From Takakia lepidozioides (taxonomy: Eukaryota; Plantae; Bryophyta), in NCBI GenBank assembly GCA_030704615.1, contig CM060733.1, positions 7,378,001 through 7,442,000 on the forward strand: a stretch of 64,000 nt of DNA, given 5' to 3'. Both the position numbers and the translations under genes were made by a program. How positions within the stretch are numbered: position 1 is the first letter of the stretch; the number at the start of each line of letters is the position of its first letter. Below, one piece after another: positions 26,627 to 39,417 of the stretch. The notes under the pieces are model-generated. The model did no database searches and had not been told where the DNA came from. It saw only the letters and a program-made list of their open reading frames with translations.

Positions 26627-28022
26627 GACAGAATGGTAATAGTGTCTTCAATCACAACATAATGTGGTTTCATGGAGTGCAACGATAGCAGCATATGCTC
26701 AGCATTGGTGTGGTAGGGAGGCTTTCGGAATCTGGGAGCAAATGCAATGTCAAGGCGGGACACCAGACAGGGTAACATTCATCTGGATTCTTAATGTCTG
26801 TGCCAGTCTAGGAGCTCTTGAGAAAGGGAAAGCATCTCTTCTGACATCATCAAGGCTGAAGATGCATCATACATTAACTTGGACAATAGCCTTGTTAGCA
26901 TGTATGCCAAATGCAGGAGCATGAAGGATGCAGATGAAGTATTCAACAGTACGACTAGATGAGATCTTGTCTCATGGAACGCCATGATCGCAGGATGTGC
27001 TCAACACGGCTATGCCAGGGAGGCCCTGCAACTATTTGAACAAATGCAACAAGAAGGTTTGAAACCTAACAAGAGCATTCGGCCCTCATGACCAAGATAG
27101 TAGCAGTCTGGTAAGGTCCTGGTCAAAGTTTTATGCTTTCCATAAGCCTTTTCCCCTAACTTACTACGTATTAACTCTTACTAAATCTCTTCACATATCA
27201 AGAGTTACAAACAGCTGTGATAAATTTATGAGTTATGAGTTTACTAGTCATTACAGGTTGATCTTCACAATGAACAAGTGAAGGTACAGGTCTCTCTGCA
27301 TGACGAAGCTGTGGGTGAAATTTGGTCTCTCTCCTTTTGCATAGAGAGCGACTGGAAGTGCAATTACAGCCACACGTATCACATTTGTGGAATTTAGTTT
27401 CCTACTATAGAGTGGTGATATGCATAGTGTCAGTCAATGCCAAAAATCAACACTCAATAACTGTGACCCGATTGTTGCCAACCATGCACAAGCAGTGAAG
27501 GAATTTTGTGCTGACTCACATACTTTGATGAATGAGAAACACAGTCCCCCTTTGCTAGCATTAGAGTTTACGGTAATAGTATTCTGTTAAGGCTATGTCA
27601 TAGTGAATGTCGACAGAATGCGATCACTGAATAGGTACATCTGTCTCTGTCACATAACTTTCTTCTTTTCTCTGGCCATAAACTGAAATAACTCTGCAGC
27701 CTGTCCTTCCAATTTTTGCCCTTGCAACCTTCAGCAACCGAGATTCTACCTAAAGACAGATCTGATTCTTCATGAACATTCCCCTCTCTTACCTGTCTTC
27801 TCAAACCACTGGTACCGGGGTGAAGCTTGTAACATGAAGTATAATTGCTACTCAATGAGAATGTGAGTCAGGGCACCTATCCATGTGATAAAGAACCGTA
27901 GGGTGTGTGGCGACTGCCATACTGCCACCAAGTTCATCTTGAAGATTGTTGGGAGAGATTGTTGTACATGATGCCAACTGCTTTCACCACTTTGATAAGG
28001 GGGTATTGGAGATCATTGGTGA
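26627..28022 (+). pseudogene. PLS-class PPR-DYW (organellar C-to-U editing factor) pseudogene remnants
   Basis: 26660-27075 reads NVVSWSATIAAYAQH..PDRVTFIWILNVCASLGALEKGK / [26 protein letters not shown] with a frameshift and stop. 27870-28022 reads APIHVIKNRRVCGDCHTATKFI.KIVGR..DANCFHHFDKGV..GDHW*, a DYW C-terminus with a frameshift and deletion. Confidence 0.85.
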
Positions 28023-28445
28023 GACATGCAACATCATGGAAGAAAGCTGCTTTCTTCTTTATCAGCATTAGGTCAAATGAATGAATTCATTATATATTGC
28101 TTGACTTCTTCCCCAAAGGCGCCTCTAATCATGGCTGCCCAGCTTAGTATTTAATCTTCACAACCAAAAAACCTTTTAGAAATTGGCATGGGGTTCTAAG
28201 CCCAATGGGGTTAGTTTACCACCATAGCCATGGTCAGTCTAGGTCGCCCGTGGCTTCCTAGAGCTATGGGGTAGATTTTAGGCCTGAAAATTATTTTCCA
28301 AGCAAGAACTACTTGTTGGTTTTTTTTTATTGAGCTTAGAGGCTTTCTCTCTCCTTTTCACTCTCTCCCCCCTCTTGAGGTGGCTTGGTGCTTAGTGAGT
28401 AGGGGCCTAGTGGCTAAGCATAGTGACTATAGTTAGTACTACTTA

Positions 28446-31400
28446 GCTCCGGCCACACCTGGAGTTAACTCGATGTTAAAAGGAAGTTATAAAAATATAT
28501 TTTCGCTCTGGATCCACACCTGCCGGTGGTAGCTAACATCAGATTGGGGCAGAGACAAGTTGACGTTAGGAAATTAACACTCAATGTTAAGTATTTATTT
28601 CATATACATTGAAATGACAGTGTTAAGCTATCACCACAGAAACAGGCCAAATAACATGGTGTTATGTAGCATTCCCTACGTTCCCCCCTTTTGTATGTTC
28701 CCCTAAGTCCCCCTTGATCACCCGGATCTCCTTCGTCACCCCCTGCATCACCTTCGCTCTACTACTCTGTCTATGCTCTACATGGTACAGTCGCAGGCTC
28801 TACATGGTATGCTCTCATTTCGCTAATTGTTCTTGCATAGAAATGGACACGCCTCCATGGCAGGATTGCAAAAACAAGCGGCTAGTCGCGTAATGGCTCC
28901 ACCCTAAAACTCTTAAGTTGAAAAATTCCTAAAAATATTATATTGAAATAAAATATAACATATATTCAAATTATATGTAAAACATGTTTTACGGCTGTAT
29001 TCCCACGGGTTATTTTTTCCCGTATTTCTTAATATACTTTCCAGGGCCTCCATCCCCTGTTCCAAAAAAAATAAAAACAAAATGGTGTGCATAAGAGAAA
29101 AAATTGTTTACTTACTTATTTGACAGAGGCCCTGGCAGCACTTTATTTTATTGATGTGTGAATTAAATATTGATGTATTCGGATATTACAAAACTGATCT
29201 TTGGATTTATTAGTTATTAAAATATTGAAATGCTTGTTGAAATACTCACTGAACTATTAAAATACTTGTTAAAGAACTGGCTGAAATATTAAAATACTTG
29301 CTGAAATACTGAAATGCTCGATGAAAAAATCTTTGATTGAAATACTGAATACTGAAATACTCGCTGACAAACTGGCTGAAATATTGAAATACTTGCTGAA
29401 AATCTTGATTGAAATATTGAAATACTAAAATAGATACTGAAATAGAGTCCAAGTGAATGTTCTCAAGATTGCAAGCTGCACATCCACTTGCTCGATCACA
29501 TCATAGAAAACCTTGTCTAAATATTGGCTTCATGGCAACATTGTAACTACAGCACTGAGAACTAGCAGATTTTGTGCCAAGGTAAAGAAAGCTGATTATG
29601 GACAAATACTAACCAAGCATACCCTCACTAAGCCGTGTTACAACAAGCTCTTAGGTTTCAAGAAATGGACAGAGAATCAGCCCAAAGAGATGAATGATGG
29701 TTGGAGAGCTTCGGGGTTTTCTTGTGAGCTTAGCAAACTCTGATCTCAAATGTTCTCTGGTCACTTCTACTGTCACATAATTGTCTGCCCCCAACAACCC
29801 AAATCACATATAGAGCCACACCACAGTTTGGAAGTATGGTCACCTGAGTGAGCATATCAGCTACTTTCATCAAAGCACACCCTAAAATATGTTCTGATTT
29901 CCCCCGAGTTATGCAAAAACATCAACATGGATACCTGATTGCATCACCAACTATATTTCCCTCAACTTGTCTAATCTATCCCCAGTGGTTGGTGAACCCA
30001 TGTCAGCCATGTTGTCCAAGTTAGAGCTTCCATTTCTTATGTTCTTGAAACTGTCGGTCAGAGGATGCCGAGCACAGACCTGCAAGAACGGGAAGAGTTG
30101 GCTAGTCAAAAAAATCATTTCCAGCACAATAGCAGCGGCAGTAAATAGAGCTGCGCACACTGAGGCACTATAGTAAGAGTTGGCCGCACCAGAGCCTCAC
30201 AATCCCGCTGCACAATCAGAAAATCAAAAGAAAAGCTAGGTCCATAGTTACCTTCTAAATGGACGCATTAAAGACCCAATCATCCATCTTCAGTGAAAAG
30301 AGCACTATTGTGTTCAAGAAATATATGAGAACCCTGATTGATCCACTCTCAACAAAAGAGAACCGTGGGGCCAATCAAGCCACAAAGAAGAAGATACACT
30401 TGGTAAGTAATGGCATCAAGAGCACTAATACGATCGAGACGCAAGGACTTGCCAAAGAGCCTCATGCATTCCATGGTTGAACCGCCCCGCCTTTTGTCCG
30501 AGTGTGTGTTGATGGAGGGGGTCACTTGCCACCTACCACAATCTCTCTAGGGACATGGTGTGTGTGCGGATCTGTATGCTGCCACTCGGCTCCAGCAACC
30601 CCGAGACCTTCTCTTTCGACTCTTGAAACCCAGGCAACAAACACTGAGAAGCCACTAGACCCTAAACGGCGCTAAACCCAAACCCTAAACTCTGATGCCA
30701 CTTTTTCATTTATAAGGAATTTTTTCATCCATTCCATCAAGACATTCAAAAACTTCTCTATTTGAGTCTACTCAAGGATTTGACCCTACCACCTTCGCAA
30801 CCTGGCACAACCATGATACTACCAAGATATAACCTGTTCCTGCAAAATAAAAATGAGTAATTATGTTTATAGATGTTTATATTTGTTTTGTATACATACA
30901 TGGTTCTACATTTGCCAAACCAGATGCTTTCAACTCAACCCATTGTACTTTATTTTGACATTATTATTCTCATTTTTTGGGGGCTCACAGTCTTTCACCA
31001 TGATTAAAAAATGTGACTGTAATATAGAATACAAAATCTATATATTAAATTGTAATAAAAATATTTTTCCTCTGAAAAAATTATTGTAAATATTATGAAA
31101 CATTGAATTATTCTTTTAAAAATATATATATATTTGGAGATTACTATGCATGCCTATTGCATTTTCAAGGAAATCTGGGAGCGACAGCCCCAATTCTAGC
31201 CGTTGAGGAGGGAGAAAAATACAAATATGTGTATCCCTATGTACCTTTATAGGTCCTCATTTATGAATATTTAATGTGTAAGATTCATTTATGGGTCTTA
31301 TTCAAACAAGGTACATTCAAGTTAACATTTAAGTGGGGACGATTATCTGTTTCATGTAGGTACTATCTAGTGGAGGTATATCAGGATCTTACTCATTTTT

Positions 31401-31737
31401 GGCACCAATGCGTGGTCTTTCCCTTATAGGGAGGAGCCAACAAACAAAGAAACAACGCTGGAAGAGCGAGGTAGAGGACCAGATGGGAACGGGAGAGACG
31501 ACGTAACACTCATTTGCCATCCCGCCGCCATCACACCATGTGTGAATGAGTAGACATGATGGTAGGGCCACCACGGAGAGCCACGTACCACCAACGCTCA
31601 AGTGTGAAGGGAAGAAGTTTACATGAATGATAACTCAATGTTAAAGGTCAGCTAAATTAGGGTTTTGTACGACGTATAGGTAACTTGGTGTTAACTCTGG
31701 TCTTAACATTTTTCCTAACTCGAGGTGGGGCCAGAGC
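28446..31737. mobile_element. Non-autonomous PIF/Harbinger element, 3.3 kb
   Basis: TIRs GCTCCGGCCACACCTGGAGTTA vs reverse complement GCTCTGGCCCCACCTCGAGTTA (19/22), flanked by a TTA TSD at 28443-28445 and 31738-31740. No transposase seen; internal (TGAAATAC)n-like minisatellite at ~29220-29445. Confidence 0.8.
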
Positions 31738-31959
31738 TTAGTCCTTCACTCTAACTCACTAGAAATCATCATAATAAGAGCTCACACATAACATGTACCA
31801 CATAAGCTTACTACTTTGTTAGTACACAAATGACAATTGATGTCCAAAAAGCATGACCCATTCTTTGCTAACTTGGATATTCCTTGCTAAATTTGCCCCT
31901 ATGGTTGATGGGAAGTGGAATGCTAAATGGCAACACATTATTGATCCACCACTGAACTG

Positions 31960-32600
31960 GAAGGTTATTTGGGTGGATGTGTGAAGAAATGATAGAGCAG
32001 CAAAAAATTTGGGCTTTCTTTGGAAAATTGCTAAATATTGCATTCTATCGGTATCGCATTACATCTCCTTCCATGCTCCTGTTGCCAATTGAATGCTCGA
32101 GAAACAATCGAGCATTGTTTATTGTTCTGTGCAATTCATTCCTTTGTTTGGCAATTTGTGCATCTTTTCTATCCATGGTGATCAGATTTCTCCTTCCAAT
32201 CTTTGGTCCTTTGGCTTAATTAATACTCAACGGATTTGAAGTTCATGCTTGGTATGGACAACCTTCCGTGCCAATATATACCTTATGGAATATCTGGAAA
32301 CCTAGATGCTCTAGGGTCTATGAGGGTCGGATGCCTTGTGCTAGAGTTATCTTGTATAGGGTTCACACGGATTTAATGTCTCAAGCTAGAAAAGCTTGGC
32401 AAGTTTTATATGTAGCTTTTCCCATAAGCTTAGAAAGGACGAGAATGCAGCTTCTCGCTTCCGTTGACAACACTTGGGCAAAAGGTGCTCGATTGTACTG
32501 CACAAAAACATCTAATCAATAGTTACTTGGTACGACAACCTCCCAGTGTGCGGGAGCTCCATTAGTGCTCGCCTTTGATCTCCTGCTGATGGTGACGAGT
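31960..32600 (+). mobile_element. Degenerate 3' fragment of an L1-type LINE ORF2
   Basis: Frame 32268-32522 has TLWNIWKPRCSRVYEG, resembling the L1 C-terminal LW.IWK.R motif; preceded by Cys/Trp-rich remnants. Confidence 0.5.
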
Positions 32601-34009
32601 TTGATGTCAACTAGTGGAGGCATTGTCATACCTTCAGAAAAGGAAAACCTAAAGCTCATTAGTCTTTCGAAACCTCCACACAGAAAAGGGGTAGCTTATG
32701 ATATTAGTTAATTTGCTCTTCTTCTCTCCCTTAGCTTCCTGATAGGCCCTTCCTCATGGCAATTCGGGTTACGGGGTGGTATCTCTTTTCTCAACCTCCA
32801 TGGCATGGCATCAGAGGTTATTTTTTCCTCGCTATCTAATATATTTTGGTCCATCTCAGGCCTTTCTTTAAAATTAGAAAGTATATACATATGTATGGCT
32901 TGGGCAACACATCCACAATTTTCTTGAGGACGGATCAGCATCTGGGTATGTGCTCCAGGGAAAATATTACCGGGTTTTTTGGTCCGGATCCGGGTCCAAA
33001 AATTACTCATAATTAAAATTTATTTATTGTCTGAAATTTTTTTTTAAAATCGAATCTGAAATGGCTCTTCAAATTTTGGTCTGCCCTAGGTCTGGTTCCA
33101 GGTCTGCACTTAGACCCGCCCAGATACCCTAGGTTCAGACCAGTGTTGTGCGGGTATATCATATACCCGGGTATATCAGGGTATAAGCATTTAACTATAA
33201 CCGGACCCGGCGGTTTTACATACCGCCATTGGAATATAACCGGCGGGTAATTATCTACTAATTACCCTTACCCTATACAGAACCGGAGTCTTGGGGTGTG
33301 GATATACCCTGCCCAGAGGCGGGTAAAGGCTAGCTCAAAGGGTATATGCGTGGCGGGTAAATCCTAAGCCTTTGTCCAATTCGCTTGAGCTTGCTCTAAC
33401 TCTACTATAGGTAATCCACTCAACCACCTCACTTTTTAGTTGATGGGCCCACCGCTCTCCACCCTCCCTTTAAGTTTAAGCTGGGCCAACCCCCAATCTT
33501 TTGTTGCACTTACAAACCAACACCTCTTGTGGTGCTTCCAAAGTAGTTTAAGTTGTGCTCCACCCATGTCCTAAAAATCTTAGTTTTAGGAATGCGAAGT
33601 TGGTTTATGTAGGTACGTACGTTACCACTGGATTGTTTTATCAATATTCCAAGCATTATTGAATGTATCACTCATATCTCTTGATATATAGTTAAATAAA
33701 AATAGAAATATACTTATTTAACAATATGACAATAGAAATGAAATAGAGTTTAAAAATAGAAATATTCTTATTTAATATTATGACAATGACAATATTATTG
33801 GAAAAATAGAAATAATGCCATAGTATCTGTTACTGTCAACTTTAGACGGTCCATATCTTTCAGCATGGATGAATCTAGCGACTATAATTTTTTCATAATC
33901 ATTAAATCAAAATTGTAAAAAACCTTGGGACTTCTTGTGTAGGCCATCCTGTGGATTTTTCTGAGCCACCGTTGCTTGCATTCACCCATGTCTCAATCCA
34001 AAGTTTGGC

Positions 34010-37000
34010 ATGCATGTCAGCTAACAATCTGGTTGAAGCATGGATCTTACAGGAGATCAGGTCTTGAGTTTTTGTGACGAATGTATGTATGGTAAACACA
34101 GTCACAACTCATTTCCAAAGATGGAGGCTCTCGAACAAATAAGGTTCTTGAGCTGGTGCATATTGATCTGTGCGATCATATGTCGTCTGAATCTCATGGA
34201 GGTGCAAAGTATTTCTTGACCTTCATTGAAAACATGATATAAAATAAGTTTGGAATTCTCGATAGGTTCAAAGCATTCAAAGCTTTGGTGGAGAATCAAA
34301 CTAGAAAAATGATCAAAACATTTCGGTGTGATGGCGGCGGTGAGTACATCCCAAGGAATTTTAATCAATTCTGTGAAGAGAATAGCATTGTAAAACAATC
34401 AATCACACCATATACGCTAGAGAATGAAGTTGCAAAGAGGAAGAATCGAACATTTGTTGAAAGTGTAAGGTGTGTGTTGCAACACATGAGGTTGGACCAC
34501 CGTTTCTGGGCAAAAGAAGTGGCGACTGCATCATATTTTCAGAATTGACTTCCTAATAAGGCAATCTCTACAAAGACACCTAAAGAGGTTTGGAAGGGTG
34601 AGAAACCTTCAAGTGAGCATTTGTGAGTGTTTGATTGTATTGTTTTGTTCATGTTCCAAAAGAGATAAGGAAGAAATTGAATGCAAAAGCAATCAAGTAT
34701 CTTCATCGGTTATTGTGAAGAGACCAAATGGTATAAGTTGTATAACCTTGAGAGCAAGTATGTAATCATCAGTCGTGATATTATATTCAATGAGTCTAGG
34801 AACTTACATCAGGAAACAGTAGTTCCAAGTTTTGACCATGAAAAAAAGAACTTGGCTCTAACTCATGAAGATAAAATGAAATAGAATATTGTTGAGGAGA
34901 TTGTTGAGGATTAGATGGAGGAGGTACAATTTATTATGATTGGAAAACCCTCAAAGGTATCTTCTGCCTATTCCATTGACAGTGATGAACCTCAAATTGT
35001 TTCAGATGCATTTAGGAGTGAGAAGTCTTCACACTGGAAGAAAGTTATGGCCTTTGAGATTCAATCTCTTCAAGATAATAAAACTTGGAGTCTTGTTAAA
35101 TTTCCACATGAACGGCAGTCTTTTGGCTGCACATGGATTTTCAAAGTTAAGTGCAATGCAGATGGTTCTGTAGCAAAAGCACAAAGCTCATTTGGTTGCA
35201 AATGGGTTTTCACAAATTGAAGATATGGATTACAATAAAACCTTCTCCCCTGTTGCACGGATGGAATCAATTTGAGTGATTCTTCCATTTGATGTCGTTC
35301 AAAATCTTGAGGTACATCAGATAGATGTATATACAGCTTTTCTCAATGAAGATCTTATGGAGGAAATATGCATGGACCAGCCAGAGGGATTTGCTGTAAA
35401 ATGGGAAGAGAGGATGGTGTGTAAACTCCTCAAGTCCTTGTATGGTTTGAAGCAATCCCTTAGGGCATGAAATGATAAAATTGATGCATATTTCATGGCT
35501 GAAGAGTTTGAGAGGAACTTTGCTGATTATAGTATTTACTATAAGAGGGCTAATGGGAACTCTTGTATGATCATAACATTGTATGTTGATGATCTGATCT
35601 TGGTATTTAGTGAATTGGCTCTGTTGAAACACATACAGAGTGGTATCTCAAAAGAGTTTGAGATAGTGGATCTGAAAGAGATCATGTGTTGATCAGGCTT
35701 TGTTGAAAAAGACAAAATGATATCTCAAAGAGGTTTGAGATGGTGGATCTGAAAGAGATCATGTGATCATGTGTTGATCAGGCTTTGTTGAAAATGACAA
35801 AGTGATATTTCAAAGAGGTTTGAGATGGTGGATCCGGAGGGTAGCTACCGTGTGAACAGCTCACGCTTTAAGTGGTAAATGTGAGCAGCCCTTAAGCGTG
35901 AGCAGATTAGTGAATGGGAGCCTACAACTGAGGGAAGAAGATGGTCTATTGTCGTGGATAAAAACTACAGTGTACGGACGCAATCTCCACCCCATCCGAC
36001 GGAAGAATCCTTGTTGGGTGACGACCATATAGTACGAATGTGGGATGAAAAGCTGCCGGAGGAATGGTTTTGAGATGAATGAAAAAAGGAATGGATGAAT
36101 GTCGGATGACTTTTGGATTAAAAAAATAAGCGACGTGAATGAACCATGGTGCGTGTGCAGGTGCTCGGGATTAAGGTGTCGTCAACGACATCTTAATTCC
36201 CAGTACGAGTTGGCACATCACAACTTACGGAAAAACCAAAATCCCCGAAAAAATTCTCCCAAAAATATTAACCAAAAAAATTTCAACCCAAAATACTTTC
36301 AAGGCGAAGAAGCCTTGGCGGTAAGGCGGTGTGTGTGCAGGTGGTGGGGATTAAGGTATCGTCAACGACATCTTAATTCCCAACAAGTTTAAATAATAAT
36401 TTAAAAAAAATCCGTTGTTTTTTTTTTCCCCGAATGTGCCAGATTAAGGTGTCGTCAACGACATCTTAATTCCCAGTACGAGTTGGCACATGACAATTCA
36501 TGGAAAAACCAAAAAACCCAAAACAATTCACCCAAAAATTTCAACCCAAAACAATCTGATGGCGAACAGCCTTGGCGGTAAGGCGGTGTGTGTGTGCAGG
36601 TGCTGGGGATTAAGGTGTCGTCAACGACATCTTAATACCCAGAACGTGTTTTGAAATGTTTATTTATAAAGCACGAGTTCACCTCTCTGCCTTTCTTTAG
36701 ATCTGGGTATGAGCCTCTCTCTCAACCTTGGATACTTGGAAAAATGACAAGTAACCCTCCTCAATCCACAAAGCAATGTGGATTCAGTGTTGGCAATATA
36801 CACTGCACTTTCACAATTGATTTGCAAGCAAGACTAGCATGGTTTAAAGGATTTCGGAGCTCGGGGGATTTCAGAGCTACTACTACAAAACAACTTTGTA
36901 TTATTTCATTTATTTCATTCATCCATGTCTCATTCATCATACAAACATTCATCTGCCATTCATCCCTCAGTCATCCCAGCAGCATCCATAACCGAGCTTG

Positions 37001-38495
37001 TAATACTGGCCACTCTGTGTAGTAATAGGTCTTCTAAGTCGAGTAGGCGCCTGCGGTTATAGGTGGGCATATCCTAAAGCGTGAGCAGATTTCTGCTCAC
37101 GGATTTTTCTGCTCGTGGGATCTGCTCACAGAATAACATCCCCCGTGGATCTGAAAGAGATCTAGTACTGCTTGGGGGTATCGGTATCTCGTGTTCGACA
37201 AGATCGAGCGATTTACCTGATCCAGTGTAGGTATCTTGAAGATATCTTAAGGCGCTTTGGTATGGCTGAAAGTGTGCCGGTAAATACCCCGTTTCACAAA
37301 CTCTAAAAGGAGATGAGTCCTAAGAGTGCTGCAGACTTGGAGACAATGATAGATGTTCCCTATCAGAGTGTTGTACGAAGTCGCATGTATGCAATGGTCT
37401 ATACCAGGCCAGATATTGCATAAGCAGTGGGGGTTGTAAGCCAATTTGTGGCTAACCCTGGGCAACTCCATTGGGTTGCGGTAAAGCGGATTTTTCGTTA
37501 TCTGAGAGGCACACTGGACCATGGTTTGTGCTTGAGAAAGAACAATGATAATGTTCAGTTGGGGGGTTCATATGGTATCTCAGATAATGCTTGCAAAAGC
37601 ATAGAGCTATACGGCTATGTGATGCAGATTGGGCTGGTAATGTTGATGACCGTCATTCTACATCTGGCTATGTTTTTATGCTAGCAAATGGAGCTGTTAG
37701 CTGGAGCAGCAAGAAGCAATCTACAATTGCTATGTCATCAACTAAGACGGAATATATGGCTATATCTGAAGCTACAAGGCAATCATTATGATTATCATCA
37801 TTTCTCTCAAGTATTGGTCGTCCACATAGGGTTACCATGGTTATATATGATGACAACCAAGGGTGTATTGCTCTCTCGAAGAATCCAATGTTTCATGCTC
37901 GCACAAAGCATATTGAGATTCGTCATCATCTGGTACGAGAGAAGACTGAAGCTGGAGTTGTCAAGCTGGTATATATTGCAACACCAACAACATGGTTGTA
38001 AACATACTGACAAAAGGGCTTAGTGCCGAAAAACATGAACGTTTTTGAGGCTTGATGGGAGTAGGTAAGTGTTTAACTTGGTAACTCGTTTGAGTGGGGG
38101 TGTTGGAAATCAACTCCTTACCAAGTTACTACTACTCAGAGTTACAGTGATGACAAGTCAGGCTTCCATAATAGCAGTGCTAACAAGTCAGGCTTCCATA
38201 ATAGCAGTGCTAACAAGTCATAGTTAACAATAGAGATAAGCCTCAGTTAGCTAAAAGATAGCTAAAGTTAGCTTCAGTTATTAGTGACTCAAGTCATTGT
38301 ACCAGAATAGCAAGTGGAGATAACTTAAGTAAAAGCATGGAGTTATGCTATAGTTATCTCAGCTATTCTTGGATTAGACTTTGAGTATAAATAGGGAGAG
38401 CTCGGAGGTGGACACAGCTTGTTGTGGTATGGTTGGGTGGAGAGTTCTTAGTAATCAATTCATCTTTTATCTCTATTCTCTGTCGAATTCCAACA
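34010..38495 (+). mobile_element. Ty1/Copia retrotransposon remnant (integrase, RT, RNase H, PPT, 3' LTR); 5' part missing
   Basis: ELVHIDLC, KTFRCDGGGEY, KRKNRTFVESVR (INT); HQIDVYTAFLN, KLLKSLYGLKQS, LYVDDLIL (RT); CDADWAGNVDDRHSTSGY, YDDNQGCI, RTKHIEIRHH (RH). PPT GAGTGGGGGG at 38091-38100; LTR 38101-38495 with TGTTGGAA/TTCCAACA termini. Confidence 0.9.
35836..37144. mobile_element. Non-autonomous DNA transposon (8-bp TSD, GG-starting degenerate TIRs; Mutator- or Merlin-like) inserted in the Copia RT
   Basis: Flanks GTGGATCC (35828-35835) and GTGGATCT (37145-37152); Copia RT resumes after it. Subterminal GTGAGCAG/CTGCTCAC motifs at both ends; four internal hairpin repeats. Confidence 0.75.
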
Positions 38496-39417
38496 AGAAT
38501 AGAGAATGGGCTCCTTAAAAAGCATGTTCAATAGAGGGTCGAATGGCTATTTGAATGATAAAGAGTTTCTAAGCTATGAGTAGTGGTTAGTTCAGTTAGG
38601 AGCACCTCCTACCCAATAATAGCCAGCCCTACACTTCTTGCTGCTCATGACTCCATTGATTGGTAGAGGAGAAACCTCACTAGCTCTTAATCGTAGGATC
38701 CGATAGAATCTGAGCTGCCCAAAATTCACTTCACACGGTCAGGATGTATTCCTTCAATTATTTGATGTTTAAGGTTGGTTGATAAGGGGGATGTTGATTT
38801 AAGCCTCCCGTTATATATTAATAGTGTCTTTTAAATGCATTCTGGGGGGACCATGCATGGTGACGGAGTCATATTGATGAGTTCTCTATTGTTGTGGATT
38901 TCATATTTCAAGCGAAAAAACTTTCATGGAAGATGAAAATGGCCATGTATTGTAGCAACAATGAGCTTGATGAAAGTGATTATGGATGCTTTGATTCTCA
39001 CGGTTTCTACAACAAATTCTTAACAGACTTGCAAAAGATGATGAAGATTTAAATTATGCCATTTTAGAAGAGATCAGAGGTTGTCGTGATCATGGTTGTG
39101 ATTACAGTACTAAACTTTGAGTTAATAGAGGGCTCATGTTAATGACTGCGTAGGGAGGATCGATAAATATGGGTGTATGTGTATATATGTGCAAAATCCT
39201 ACGGGCATTAAACAACTCAAATTAAAGATAAGTCTAGATGCACGCGGAGATTTCTAAAGTGGTTAGTATCATGTACTGCTATAGAGGTGGTTACCATATC
39301 ATTTTGATGATATGGTGAGTCTTTCTACATCCTCAACTCTTTCTATTGAACCAAAGTTCATTCTTAGGCATCAGAAACAACCACCATCTATCACACTTTT
39401 CGCTGCAAGCCAAGAAA

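Noticed and set aside
32950-33380. hAT-like MITE with TACCCG/CGGGTA motifs
   Set aside because: Probably TE-derived, but paired TIRs and a TSD could not be fixed.
36167-36640. CRISPR-like array of palindromic 34-bp repeats
   Set aside because: Spacers are unequal (about 60-145 bp) and spacers 1 and 3 are homologous; no cas genes; eukaryotic TE context.
39346-39417. ORF-track start of the NHL gene at 39346
   Set aside because: That codon is TTG; the first in-frame ATG is at 39418.
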